64,000 nt of DNA. It comes from Eukaryota sp. GEM-RC1 (taxonomy: Eukaryota). Below are positions 39,521 to 50,787 of the stretch, piece by piece. The stretch is taken from positions 1,488,001 through 1,552,000 of the forward strand of contig JAUFOQ010000010.1 of NCBI GenBank assembly GCA_040285855.1. The letters run 5' to 3'. The translations under genes were made by a program, and so were the position numbers. The stretch's first letter is position 1. Every line of letters begins with the position of its first letter. The notes under the pieces are model-generated. The model worked only from the letters and a program-made list of their open reading frames with translations, was not told where the DNA came from and made no database searches.

Positions 39521-40800
39521 TTACAAGTCCACTGCTACCTGAATTGGACTAATAACACCCTGGAAATCCTTATCAGACAATATAAAGCCACAAAAGTCAC
39601 CAAAAGTCAAAGATCTGTTTAACCTGATTAATTCACATAAATCAATGACTGACTTATTGGAGAAACAACAAATATTCAAAGTTAGTCTCTTGATTGTGAA
39701 ACATTGAGACAAGGACTTTGGTTGTGACATTGCTTCACCACTACATGTAGATATATTCCAAAACTTGGGTGACAAACAAATCACACATCATATTTACCTT
39801 GTTTGGTATAACCCAAGGAGTGAATCAAAAGATTGTAAACGACCCAGGCTTGGTGAAGAAGCGCTTCATAGAAACAAATGTGTTGATATTAAAAATATGA
39901 TGTATTAGAGATATAAAGGTACCTCAAACTTTGATTCAGACACAGGGGTGATACTAATACATCATCGTAGTCACATTGTGGAAGTACATTATAAGTGTTT
40001 GGAGAAAGAAGGAGATGGTTAAGAGCATCAGACTGTATGAGAAACAACATAGAGTTATTAAAGGAGATGGTTAAGAGCATCAGACTGTATGAGAAACAAC
40101 ATAGAGTTATTAAAGGAGATGGTATTCTTCCAAACAATATAAGAATTTCGGTAGTGTGACCTCCTGATTCAAGTACAGTCTACCCTCCCATTAGTGCAAG
40201 CTTTTGGGCAGACCTTAATGGGAGGTTTTGTTTGTACAGACATGAACAGCAGACGACAGCCTTTTATGATATATAAACCAACAAACTACGACTATTGTGC
40301 ACCATTTGGTGATGAACTGAAGATGACACGGATAATCGTCGTTCAAATATAAGTGGTGGGATTGAGGGAAAATATTGCAGAACACTCAACCATCAGCAAA
40401 CAGCAATAATCTCTCAGATTTCTGCTAAATAGTTGAGGGAGAGAAGGGGAGAACTAACGGGGAGGGCGATATAAGAGCGAGAAAGGTCAAGGACGGACCT
40501 GAAACTACCAATATAGGAAAGGAGAAAGTTTCAGATACTCAAAGAAACAAATCACAGAGAACTTGTTCTGAGTTAGTACGCAGAATTGAATATGTGAAGA
40601 GAAGAACCCCTTCAAAGCATTGAGACGACAATAGCAGCATTAACATTGCTAGAGAAGAGTGTTCTTAAAGAAGAGAATCTACAAGAGGGATATGAAAAGA
40701 TAGGGTAATTTATGCAAGAAGTACAGTCACACCTAAAATCGTATTCCCAAGATGACAACGAAAAGAGCAGATGATTGGTGATGAAAAAGGGGAAGCTCAT
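39521..40800 (-). pseudogene. Highly decayed LRR-family gene containing a 52-bp tandem duplication (40009-40123)
   Basis: IKRLTLNICCFSNKSVIDLCELIRLNRSLT resembles ITDLRINNCCFTNEAFAVLCDLIKTSTSLT. 5' boundary uncertain. Confidence 0.5.
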
Positions 40801-41084
40801 GTCTTAAGTTTACCCCTTGTTTCTTTTGCTGCCTAAGCAACAATACTCTCTGTTATCTGCTCTTTCTGAAAGTCAAAAATAAAAACCAATGATCCCGGTT
40901 AAGCTAGATTGGATGTGTGTGATTGATGCAAAGATAAGGTCTCGATCCTGGCTTATATATGGTACTGTAACTGCTGGAAGAGGTTGAAAAAGAACCCGAA
41001 AAGGGAAAAAATTGTCGTGCGACAAAATGATGTCGGAGTTCTCCAGAATGAACTCTTCGACCTGAAGTCTATTTTCTTCCTCAA

Positions 41085-43051
41085 ATGTCTCACTATCTCT
41101 GTGATATTTGTCATGAAATTCTCAAGAATCCGGTAACTACTTGGTGTGGCCACACCTTTTGTATGTCGGACTTGCAGGAATGGCTTGTTTCTCATAACGG
41201 ATGTCCGATCTGTCGAGCTGAAGTGGACAAGTCAAGGCTGTGTCCTAACTACAAGTTGAAAGAAGCTGTTGAAGCCTTTGTTGCTGGTCAAGGTGAGACT
41301 ATTTGTTTTGAGTGTGATGAAGCTGCTGCCACTTGTTATTGCGCAGAATGTGACGCCGATTTCTGTGACAAATGTTTTAACCCTGCTCATCGCCCCAAGT
41401 TGCTACGATCTCATGTTGCTGTCCCCCTAAATAAGAAGCATGCCTACCTTATTCCCAAGTGCCCCAGCCACAGTATGAAGTCGTTAGAGTTGTTCTGCAC
41501 CTTCTGCTCCGTCGCCCTTTGCTCCACTTGTGCTTTCCTTGGTGACCATGACCAACACAAAAGAAGTTGCTTCCCTTTGACGAAGGTCGAACCTCTGTTG
41601 AAAAGAATATCAACTCAATTAATCAAGAGTTGTCGTTAGCCATTGAAAAAATATCTCAGTCAGCTGAAGCTGCTATCCAGCAAGCAACAAGTGGTTTTGT
41701 CCAACTCAAAGAAAGTCTGACTGTCCTGCTCCAAGAAACTATGTTAGACTCTACCATTATGAATGACTTACAATCTGGGAAACCTGTCATGTTCAAGCCA
41801 AAGATCAGCGAAAAATTCACTACCACCACTTCAACCCTTCTCAACAACCAATCTGATATCATCTCCTCTTTAAATGAAGAACTTTTCTCCATCCACTCCG
41901 ATGCTTCTCGTCGTTTGACCTCTCTTTCCGTTGATTCGGAGTCTAGTGTTGGTTCTGATAGGCTTCTAGATGACACTCCTTTACCAATCAAGTCTATTGA
42001 AAGTGTATGCTCTGTACAACAAGTTGAAGAGAAGAAACTTGTTATTGATTGGAGCAAGCTTAGTTCTAAGTTGAAGAATTGTTATGATCAGATGGTGAGA
42101 AATGAGGTTTCTACGATCAATCTATATTACAACTCAATTGGTAAAGAAGGCGCTATTGCAATTGCTGAAGCTTTGAAGGTGAATTCTTCAGTTTCTCAGA
42201 TCGATCTAAATAACAACTCAATTGGTCCTGAAGGTGCTATTGCAATTGCTGAAGCTTTGAAGGTGAATTCTTCAGTTTCTACGATTGGTCTAGGTAACAA
42301 CTCAATTGGTCCTGAAGGTGCTATTGCAATTGCTGAAGCTTTGAAGGTGAATTCTTCAGTTTCTACGATCAATCTACATAGCAACTCAATTGGTCCTGAA
42401 GGTGCTATTGCTGAAGCTTTAAAGGTGAATTCTTCAGTTTCTACGATCGACCTATGTTTCAACTCAATTGGTCCTGAAGGTGCTATTGCAATTGCTGAAG
42501 CTTTGAAGGTGAATTCTTCAGTTTCTACGATCAATCTACATAGCAACTCAATTGGTCCTGAAGGTGCTATTGCAATTGCTGAAGCTTTAAAGGTGAATTC
42601 TTCAGTTTCTACGATCGACCTATGTTTCAACTCAATTGGTCCTGAAGGTGCTATTGCAATTGCTGAAGCTTTGAAGGTGAATTCTTCAGTTTCTACGATT
42701 TATCTACATAGCAACTCAATTGGTCCTGAAGGTGCTATTGCAATTGCTGAAGCTTTAAAGGTGAATTCTTCAGTTTCTACGATTTATCTACATAGCAACT
42801 CAATTGGTCCTGAAGGTGCTATTGCAATTGCTGAAGCTTTAAAGGTGAATTCTTCAGTTTCTACGATCAATCTAGGTGGTAACTCAATTGGTCCTGAAGG
42901 TGCTATTGCAATTGCTGAAGCTTTGAAGGTGAATTCTTCAGTTTCTACGATTTATCTACATAGCAACTCAATTAACAGTCAAACACAACAGTCGTTAAAA
43001 TCACTGCACAAGAATAGAATTAGTTTTCAAAGATATTTTCCTCTGATATAA
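41085..43051 (+). CDS. TRIM-like RING - B-box - B-box - coiled coil - LRR protein (putative E3 ligase); one single-base frameshift near 41590
   Basis: C3HC4 RING CDIC..CGHTFC..CPIC (sixth ligand appears to be Asp); B-box1 CFEC..CAECDADFCDKC..H..H; B-box2 CPSH..FCTFC..LCSTC..H..H; helical region; 11 28-aa LRRs. One extra A in GTCGAACC joins ORFs 41085 and 41567. Confidence 0.88.
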
Positions 43052-43461
43052 AGATCACCCCATGATAAGTCACACATGAACAAATATCAATGCGGTTTAG
43101 CAGTTGTTCATACACAGATTGATTTTCAGTTTTACCCGGTAATTAAGACTCGTCATATCGAAAAGTTCATTTGCTATTGTTTTCAACAACACCACTTATT
43201 AATTGGTATCTGGAAATGATGTAACATTATACTATATGTTTCGAAATATTTCGAATCACCGACACATTGTCTCCTCATAAACACGGTTGTATTTTTTCTC
43301 AAAAAACAGCTTAATTGTCCTTGAGTTGAGTGATGCTTTAGTGATCTGTGATTTAATTGGAAATCTTGTCACACAATTGTCTTAACATACAAAGCAGGTT
43401 TTTGTTTATCTTAAATTGAGTTTATTATCTAACATTATCTAAGCTTCTGTTTACTGGATAT

Positions 43462-45273
43462 GTGTTCTATGAACCGGCTAGAATTTCCGATTTCTATCTA
43501 CATTACAACTCAATTGGTAAAGAAGGCGCTATTGCAATTGCTGAAGCTTTGAAGGTGAATTCGTCTGTTTCTACGATTGGTCTAGGTAACAACTCAATTG
43601 GTCCTGAAGGTGCTATTGCAATTGCTGAAGCTTTGAAGGTGAATTCTTCAGTTTCTACGATCAATCTACATAGCAACTCAATTGGTCCTGAAGGTGCTAT
43701 TGCAATTGCTGAAGCTTTGAAGGTGAATTCTTCAGTTTCTACGATTTATCTACATAGCAACTCAATTGGTCCTGAAGGTGCTATTGCAATTGCTGAAGCT
43801 TTGAAGGTGAATTCTTCAGTTTCTACGATTTATCTACATAGCAACTCAATTGGTCCTGAAGGTGCTATTGCAATTGCTGAAGCTTTGAAGGTGAATTCTT
43901 CAGTTTCTACGATTTATCTACATAGCAACTCAATTGGTCCTGAAGGTGCTATTGCAATTGCTGAAGCTTTGAAGGTGAATTCTTCAGTTTCTACGATTTA
44001 TCTACATAGCAACTCAATTGGTCCTGAAGGTGCTATTGCAATTGCTGAAGCTTTGAAGGTGAATTCTTCAGTTTCTACGATCAATCTAGGTGGTAACTCA
44101 ATTGGTAATGAAGGCGCTATTGCAATTGCTGAAGCTTTAAAGGTGAATTCTTCAGTTTCTACGATCAATCTACATAGCAACTCAATTGGTCCTGAAGGTG
44201 CTATTGCAATTGCTGAAGCTTTGAAGGTGAATTCTTCAGTTTCTACGATTGGTCTAGGTAACAACTCAGTTGGTCCTGAAGGCGCTATTGCAATTGCTGA
44301 AGCTTTGAAGGTGAATTCTTCAGTTTCTACGATCAATCTATATTACAACTCAGTTGGTCCTGAAGGCGCTACTGCAATTGCTGAAGCTTTGAAGGTGAAT
44401 TCTTCAGTTTCTGCGATTTATCTACATAGCAACTCAATTGGTCCTGAAGGTGCTATTGCAATTGCTGAAGCTTTGAAGGTGAATTCTTCAGTTTCTACGA
44501 TCAATCTACATAGCAACTCAATTGGTCCTGAAGGTGCTATTGCAATTGCTGAAGCTTTGAAGGTGAATTCTTCAGTTTCTACGATCAATCTACATAGCAA
44601 CTCAATTGGTCCTGAAGGTGCTATTGCAATTGCTGAAGCTTTGAAGGTGAATTCTTCAGTTTCTACGATCAATCTAGGTGGTAACTCAATTGGTAATGAA
44701 GGCGCTATTGCAATTGCTGAAGCTTTAAAGGTGAATTCTTCAGTTTCTACGATCGACCTATGTTTCAATTCAATTGGTCCTGAAGGTGCTATTGCAATTG
44801 CTGAAGCTTTAAAGGTGAATTCTTCAGTTTCTACGATCAATCTACATAGCAACTCAATTGGTCCTGAAGGTGCTATTGCAATTGCTGAAGCTTTAAAGGT
44901 GAATTCTTCAGTTTCTACGATCAATCTACATAGCAACTCAATTGGTCCTGAAGGTGCTATTGCAATTGCTGAAGCTTTGAAGGTGAATTCTTCAGTTTCT
45001 ACGATTTATCTACATAGCAACTCAATTGGTCCTGAAGGTGCTATTGCAATTGCTGAAGCTTTGAAGGTGAATTCTTCAGTTTCTACGATTTATCTACATA
45101 GCAACTCAATTGGTCCTGAAGGTGCTATTGCAATTGCTGAAGCTTTGAAGGTGAATTCTTCAGTTTCTACGATCAATCTACATAGCAACTCAATTAACAG
45201 TCAAACACAACAGTCGTTAAAATCACTGCACAAGAATAGAATTAGTTTTCAAAGATATTTTCCTCTGATATAA
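43462..45273 (+). CDS. LRR-only cassette 1 (20 units), no in-frame ATG
   Basis: Order GHYYYYNHGWYHHNDHHYYH (G=GLGN, H=NLHS, Y=YLHS, N=NLGG, D=DLCF, W=NLYY). Track start is GTG; upstream in-frame TGA at 43417. Confidence 0.7.
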   Translation: MFYEPARISDFYLHYNSIGKEGAIAIAEALKVNSSVSTIGLGNNSIGPEGAIAIAEALKVNSSVSTINLHSNSIGPEGAIAIAEALKVNSSVSTIYLHSNSIGPEGAIAIAEALKVNSSVSTIYLHSNSIGPEGAIAIAEALKVNSSVSTIYLHSNSIGPEGAIAIAEALKVNSSVSTIYLHSNSIGPEGAIAIAEALKVNSSVSTINLGGNSIGNEGAIAIAEALKVNSSVSTINLHSNSIGPEGAIAIAEALKVNSSVSTIGLGNNSVGPEGAIAIAEALKVNSSVSTINLYYNSVGPEGATAIAEALKVNSSVSAIYLHSNSIGPEGAIAIAEALKVNSSVSTINLHSNSIGPEGAIAIAEALKVNSSVSTINLHSNSIGPEGAIAIAEALKVNSSVSTINLGGNSIGNEGAIAIAEALKVNSSVSTIDLCFNSIGPEGAIAIAEALKVNSSVSTINLHSNSIGPEGAIAIAEALKVNSSVSTINLHSNSIGPEGAIAIAEALKVNSSVSTIYLHSNSIGPEGAIAIAEALKVNSSVSTIYLHSNSIGPEGAIAIAEALKVNSSVSTINLHSNSINSQTQQSLKSLHKNRISFQRYFPLI

Positions 45274-45803
45274 AGATCACCCCATGATAAGTCACACATG
45301 AACAAATATCAATGCGGTTTAGCAGTTGTTCATACACAGATTGATTTTCAGTTTTACCCGGTAATTAAGACTCGTCATATCGAAAAGTTCATTTGCTATT
45401 GTTTTCAACAACACCACGTATTAATTGGTATCTGGAAATGATGTAACATTATACTATATGTTTCGAAATATTTCGAATCACCGACACATTGTCTCGTCAT
45501 AAACACGGTTGTATTTTTTCTCAAAAAACAGCTTAATTGTCCTTGAGTTGAGTGATGCTTTGATTATTCTCAGTGATTTATAAGATGTACAGTATCCTTT
45601 TGTATCTATTCCATAGATATTTTAGTCATGGTAATTTATTAAATATTGGTCAAAATTAGGTTGTTCGTTAGTTTCTGTTTTAGTGATCTGTGATTTAATT
45701 GGAAATCTTGTCACACAATTGTCTTAACATACAAAGCAGGTTTTTGTTTATCTTAAATTGAGTTTATTATCTAACATTATCTAAGCTTCTGTTTACTGGA
45801 TAT

Positions 45804-46691
45804 GTGTTCTATGAACCGGCTAGAATTTCCGATTTCTATCTACATTACAACTCAATTGGTAAAGAAGGCGCTATTGCAATTGCTGAAGCTTTGAAGGTGA
45901 ATTCGTCTGTTTCTACGATTGGTCTAGGTAACAACTCAATTGGTCCTGAAGGTGCTATTGCAATTGCTGAAGCTTTGAAGGTGAATTCTTCAGTTTCTAC
46001 GATCAATCTACATAGCAACTCAATTGGTCCTGAAGGTGCTATTGCAATTGCTGAAGCTTTGAAGGTGAATTCTTCAGTTTCTACGATCAATCTAGGTGGT
46101 AACTCAATTGGTAATGAAGGCGCTATTGCAATTGCTGAAGCTTTAAAGGTGAATTCTTCAGTTTCTACGATCAATCTACATAGCAACTCAATTGGTCCTG
46201 AAGGTGCTATTGCAATTGCTGAAGCTTTGAAGGTGAATTCTTCAGTTTCTACGATCAATCTAGGTGGTAACTCAATTGGTAATGAAGGCGCTATTGCAAT
46301 TGCTGAAGCTTTAAAGGTGAATTTTTCAGTTTCTACGATCGACCTATGTTTCAACTCAATTGGTCCTGAAGGTGCTATTGCAATTGCTGAAGCTTTGAAG
46401 GTGAATTCTTCAGTTTCTACGATCAATCTACATAGCAACTCAATTGGTCCTGAAGGTGCTATTGCAATTGCTGAAGCTTTGAAGGTGAATTCTTCAGTTT
46501 CTACGATTTATCTACATAGCAACTCAATTGGACCTGAAGGTGCTATTGCAATTGCTGAAGCTTTGAAGGTGAATTCTTCAGTTTCTACGATTTATCTACA
46601 TAGCAACTCAATTAACAGTCAAACACAACAGTCGTTAAAATCACTGCACAAGAATAGAATTAGTTTCCAAAGATATTTTCCTCTGATATAA
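45804..46691 (+). CDS. LRR-only cassette 2 (9 units), no in-frame ATG
   Basis: Order GHNHNDHYY; same lead-in and C-cap as the other cassettes. Confidence 0.7.
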   Translation: MFYEPARISDFYLHYNSIGKEGAIAIAEALKVNSSVSTIGLGNNSIGPEGAIAIAEALKVNSSVSTINLHSNSIGPEGAIAIAEALKVNSSVSTINLGGNSIGNEGAIAIAEALKVNSSVSTINLHSNSIGPEGAIAIAEALKVNSSVSTINLGGNSIGNEGAIAIAEALKVNFSVSTIDLCFNSIGPEGAIAIAEALKVNSSVSTINLHSNSIGPEGAIAIAEALKVNSSVSTIYLHSNSIGPEGAIAIAEALKVNSSVSTIYLHSNSINSQTQQSLKSLHKNRISFQRYFPLI

Positions 46692-47221
46692 AGACCACCC
46701 CATGATAAGTCACACATGAACAAATATCAATGCGGTTTAGCAGTTGTTCATACACAGATTGATTTTCAGTTTTACCCGGTAATTAAGACTCGTCATATCG
46801 AAAAGTTCATTTGCTATTGTTTTCAACAACACCACTTATTAATTGGTATCTGGAAATGATGTAACATTATACTATATGTTTCGAAATATTTCGAATCACC
46901 GACACATTGTCTCGTCATAAACACGGTTGTATTTTTTCTCAAAAAACAGCTTAATTGTCCTTGAGTTGAGTGATGCTTTGATTATTCTCAGTGATTTATA
47001 AGATGTACAGTATCCTTTTGTATCTATTCCATAGATATTTTAGTCATGGTAATTTATTAAATATTGGTCAAAATTAGGTTGTTCGTTAGTTTCTGTTTTA
47101 GTGATCTGTGATTTAATTGGAAATCTTGTCACACAATTGTCTTAACATACAAAGCAGGTTTTTGTTTATCTTAAATTGAGTTTATTATCTAACATTATCT
47201 AAGCTTCTGTTTACTGGATAT

Positions 47222-49285
47222 GTGTTCTATGAACCGGCTAGAATTTCCGATTTCTATCTACATTACAACTCAATTGGTAAAGAAGGCGCTATTGCAATTG
47301 CTGAAGCTTTGAAGGTGAATTCGTCTGTTTCTACGATTGGTCTAGGTAACAACTCAATTGGTCCTGAAGGTGCTATTGCAATTGCTGAAGCTTTGAAGGT
47401 GAATTCTTCAGTTTCTACGATCAATCTACATAGCAACTCAATTGGTCCTGAAGGTGCTATTGCAATTGCTGAAGCTTTGAAGGTGAATTCTTCAGTTTCT
47501 ACGATCAATCTAGGTGGTAACTCAATTGGTAATGAAGGCGCTATTGCAATTGCTGAAGCTTTGAAGGTGAATTCTTCAGTTTCTACGATCAATCTAGGTG
47601 GTAACTCAATTGGTAATGAAGGCGCTATTGCAATTGCTGAAGCTTTAAAGGTGAATTCTTCAGTTTCTACGATCAATCTACATAGCAACTCAATTGGTCC
47701 TGAAGGTGCTATTGCAATTGCTGAAGCTTTGAAGGTGAATTCTTCAGTTTCTACGATCAATCTAGGTGGTAACTCAATTGGTAATGAAGGCGCTATTGCA
47801 ATTGCTGAAGCTTTAAAGGTGAATTTTTCAGTTTCTACGATCGACCTATGTTTCAACTCAATTGGTCCTGAAGGTGCTATTGCAATTGCTGAAGCTTTGA
47901 AGGTGAATTCTTCAGTTTCTACGATCAATCTACATAGCAACTCAATTGGTCCTGAAGGTGCTATTGCAATTGCTGAAGCTTTGAAGGTGAATTCTTCAGT
48001 TTCTACGATTTATCTACATAGCAACTCAATTGGTCCTGAAGGTGCTATTGCAATTGCTGAAGCTTTGAAGGTGAATTCTTCAGTTTCTACGATCAATCTA
48101 CATAGCAACTCAATTGGTCCTGAAGGTGCTATTGCAATTGCTGAAGCTTTGAAGGTGAATTCTTCAGTTTCTACGATCAATCTAGGTGGTAACTCAATTG
48201 GTAATGAAGGCGCTATTGCAATTGCTGAAGCTTTAAAGGTGAATTCTTCAGTTTCTACGATCGACCTATGTTTCAACTCAATTGGTCCTGAAGGTGCTAT
48301 TGCAATTGCTGAAGCTTTGAAGGTGAATTCTTCAGTTTCTACGATCAATCTACATAGCAACTCAATTGGTCCTGAAGGTGCTATTGCAATTGCTGAAGCT
48401 TTGAAGGTGAATTCTTCAGTTTCTACGATTTATCTACATAGCAACTCAATTGGTCCTGAAGGTGCTATTGCAATTGCTGAAGCTTTGAAGGTGAATTCTT
48501 CAGTTTCTACGATCAATCTACATAGCAACTCAATTGGTCCTGAAGGTGCTATTGCAATTGCTGAAGCTTTGAAGGTGAATTCTTCAGTTTCTACGATCAA
48601 TCTAGGTGGTAACTCAATTGGTAATGAAGGCGCTATTGCAATTGCTGAAGCTTTAAAGGTGAATTCTCCAGTTTCTACGATCGACCTATGTTTCAACTCA
48701 ATTGGTCCTGAAGGTGCTATTGCAATTGCTGAAGCTTTGAAGGTGAATTCTTCAGTATCTACGATCAATCTACATAGCAACTCAATTGGTCCTGAAGGTG
48801 CTATTGCAATTGCTGAAGCTTTGAAGGTGAATTCTTCAGTTTCTACGATCAATCTAGGTGGTAACTCAATTGGTAATGAAGGCGCTATTGCAATTGCTGA
48901 AGCTTTAAAGGTGAATTTTTCAGTTTCTACGATCGACCTATGTTTCAACTCAATTGGTCCTGAAGGTGCTATTGCAATTGCTGAAGCTTTGAAGGTGAAT
49001 TCTTCAGTTTCTACGATTTATCTACATAGCAACTCAATTGGACCTGAAGGTGCTATTGCAATTGCTGAAGCTTTGAAGGTGAATTCTTCAGTTTCTACGA
49101 TTTATCTACATAGCAACTCAATTGGACCTGAAGGTGCTATTGCAATTGCTGAAGCTTTGAAGGTGAATTCTTCAGTTTCTACGATTTATCTACATAGCAA
49201 CTCAATTAACAGTCAAACACAACAGTCGTTAAAATCACTGCACAAGAATAGAATTAGTTTCCAAAGATATTTTCCTCTGATATAA
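47222..49285 (+). CDS. LRR-only cassette 3 (23 units), no in-frame ATG
   Basis: Order GHNNHNDHYHNDHYHNDHNDYYY. Confidence 0.7.
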   Translation: MFYEPARISDFYLHYNSIGKEGAIAIAEALKVNSSVSTIGLGNNSIGPEGAIAIAEALKVNSSVSTINLHSNSIGPEGAIAIAEALKVNSSVSTINLGGNSIGNEGAIAIAEALKVNSSVSTINLGGNSIGNEGAIAIAEALKVNSSVSTINLHSNSIGPEGAIAIAEALKVNSSVSTINLGGNSIGNEGAIAIAEALKVNFSVSTIDLCFNSIGPEGAIAIAEALKVNSSVSTINLHSNSIGPEGAIAIAEALKVNSSVSTIYLHSNSIGPEGAIAIAEALKVNSSVSTINLHSNSIGPEGAIAIAEALKVNSSVSTINLGGNSIGNEGAIAIAEALKVNSSVSTIDLCFNSIGPEGAIAIAEALKVNSSVSTINLHSNSIGPEGAIAIAEALKVNSSVSTIYLHSNSIGPEGAIAIAEALKVNSSVSTINLHSNSIGPEGAIAIAEALKVNSSVSTINLGGNSIGNEGAIAIAEALKVNSPVSTIDLCFNSIGPEGAIAIAEALKVNSSVSTINLHSNSIGPEGAIAIAEALKVNSSVSTINLGGNSIGNEGAIAIAEALKVNFSVSTIDLCFNSIGPEGAIAIAEALKVNSSVSTIYLHSNSIGPEGAIAIAEALKVNSSVSTIYLHSNSIGPEGAIAIAEALKVNSSVSTIYLHSNSINSQTQQSLKSLHKNRISFQRYFPLI

Positions 49286-49815
49286 AGATCACCCCATGAT
49301 AAGTCACACATGAACAAATATCAATGCGGTTTAGCAGTTGTTCATACACAGATTGATTTTCAGTTTTACCCGGTAATTAAGACTCGTCATATCGAAAAGT
49401 TCATTTGCTATTGTTTTCAACAACACCACTTATTAATTGGTATCTGGAAATGATGTAACATTATACTATATGTTTCGAAATATTTCGAATCACCGACACA
49501 TTGTCTCGTCATAAACACGGTTGTATTTTTTCTCAAAAAACAGCTTAATTGTCCTTGAGTTGAGTGATGCTTTGATTATTCTCAGTGATTTATAAGATGT
49601 ACAGTATCCTTTTGTATCTATTCCATAGATATTTTAGTCATGGTAATTTATTAAATATTGGTCAAAATTAGGTTGTTCGTTAGTTTCTGTTTTAGTGATC
49701 TGTGATTTAATTGGAAATCTTGTCACACAATTGTCTTAACATACAAAGCAGGTTTTTGTTTATCTTAAATTGAGTTTATTATCTAACATTATCTAAGCTT
49801 CTGTTTACTGGATAT

Positions 49816-50787
49816 GTGTTCTATGAACCGGCTAGAATTTCCGATTTCTATCTACATTACAACTCAATTGGTAAAGAAGGCGCTATTGCAATTGCTGAAG
49901 CTTTGAAGGTGAATTCGTCTGTTTCTACGATTGGTCTAGGTAACAACTCAATTGGTCCTGAAGGTGCTATTGCAATTGCTGAAGCTTTGAAGGTGAATTC
50001 TTCAGTTTCTACGATCAATCTACATAGCAACTCAATTGGTCCTGAAGGTGCTATTGCAATTGCTGAAGCTTTGAAGGTGAATTCTTCAGTTTCTACGATC
50101 AATCTAGGTGGTAACTCAATTGGTAATGAAGGCGCTATTGCAATTGCTGAAGCTTTAAAGGTGAATTCTTCAGTTTCTACGATCGACCTATGTTTCAACT
50201 CAATTGGTCCTGAAGGTGCTATTGCAATTGCTGAAGCTTTGAAGGTGAATTCTTCAGTTTCTACGATCAATCTACATAGCAACTCAATTGGTCCTGAAGG
50301 TGCTATTGCAATTGCTGAAGCTTTGAAGGTGAATTCTTCAGTTTCTACGATCAATCTAGGTGGTAACTCAATTGGTAATGAAGGCGCTATTGCAATTGCT
50401 GAAGCTTTAAAGGTGAATTTTTCAGTTTCTACGATCGACCTATGTTTCAACTCAATTGGTCCTGAAGGTGCTATTGCAATTGCTGAAGCTTTGAAGGTGA
50501 ATTCTTCAGTTTCTACGATCAATCTACATAGCAACTCAATTGGTCCTGAAGGTGCTATTGCAATTGCTGAAGCTTTGAAGGTGAATTCTTCAGTTTCTAC
50601 GATTTATCTACATAGCAACTCAATTGGACCTGAAGGTGCTATTGCAATTGCTGAAGCTTTGAAGGTGAATTCTTCAGTTTCTACGATTTATCTACATAGC
50701 AACTCAATTAACAGTCAAACACAACAGTCGTTAAAATCACTGCACAAGAATAGAATTAGTTTCCAAAGATATTTTCCTCTGATATAA
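49816..50787 (+). CDS. LRR-only cassette 4 (10 units), no in-frame ATG
   Basis: Order GHNDHNDHYY. Confidence 0.7.
   Translation: MFYEPARISDFYLHYNSIGKEGAIAIAEALKVNSSVSTIGLGNNSIGPEGAIAIAEALKVNSSVSTINLHSNSIGPEGAIAIAEALKVNSSVSTINLGGNSIGNEGAIAIAEALKVNSSVSTIDLCFNSIGPEGAIAIAEALKVNSSVSTINLHSNSIGPEGAIAIAEALKVNSSVSTINLGGNSIGNEGAIAIAEALKVNFSVSTIDLCFNSIGPEGAIAIAEALKVNSSVSTINLHSNSIGPEGAIAIAEALKVNSSVSTIYLHSNSIGPEGAIAIAEALKVNSSVSTIYLHSNSINSQTQQSLKSLHKNRISFQRYFPLI

Noticed and set aside
40891..40955. tRNA-like A-box/B-box motifs upstream of the TRIM gene (also GGTTCGAAATC near 26823)
   Set aside because: No cloverleaf could be folded and the motifs are degenerate.
43460..43552. ATG at 43460 as the cassette start codon
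   Set aside because: It is out of frame with the LRRs and stops after about 30 codons, identically in all seven cassettes.
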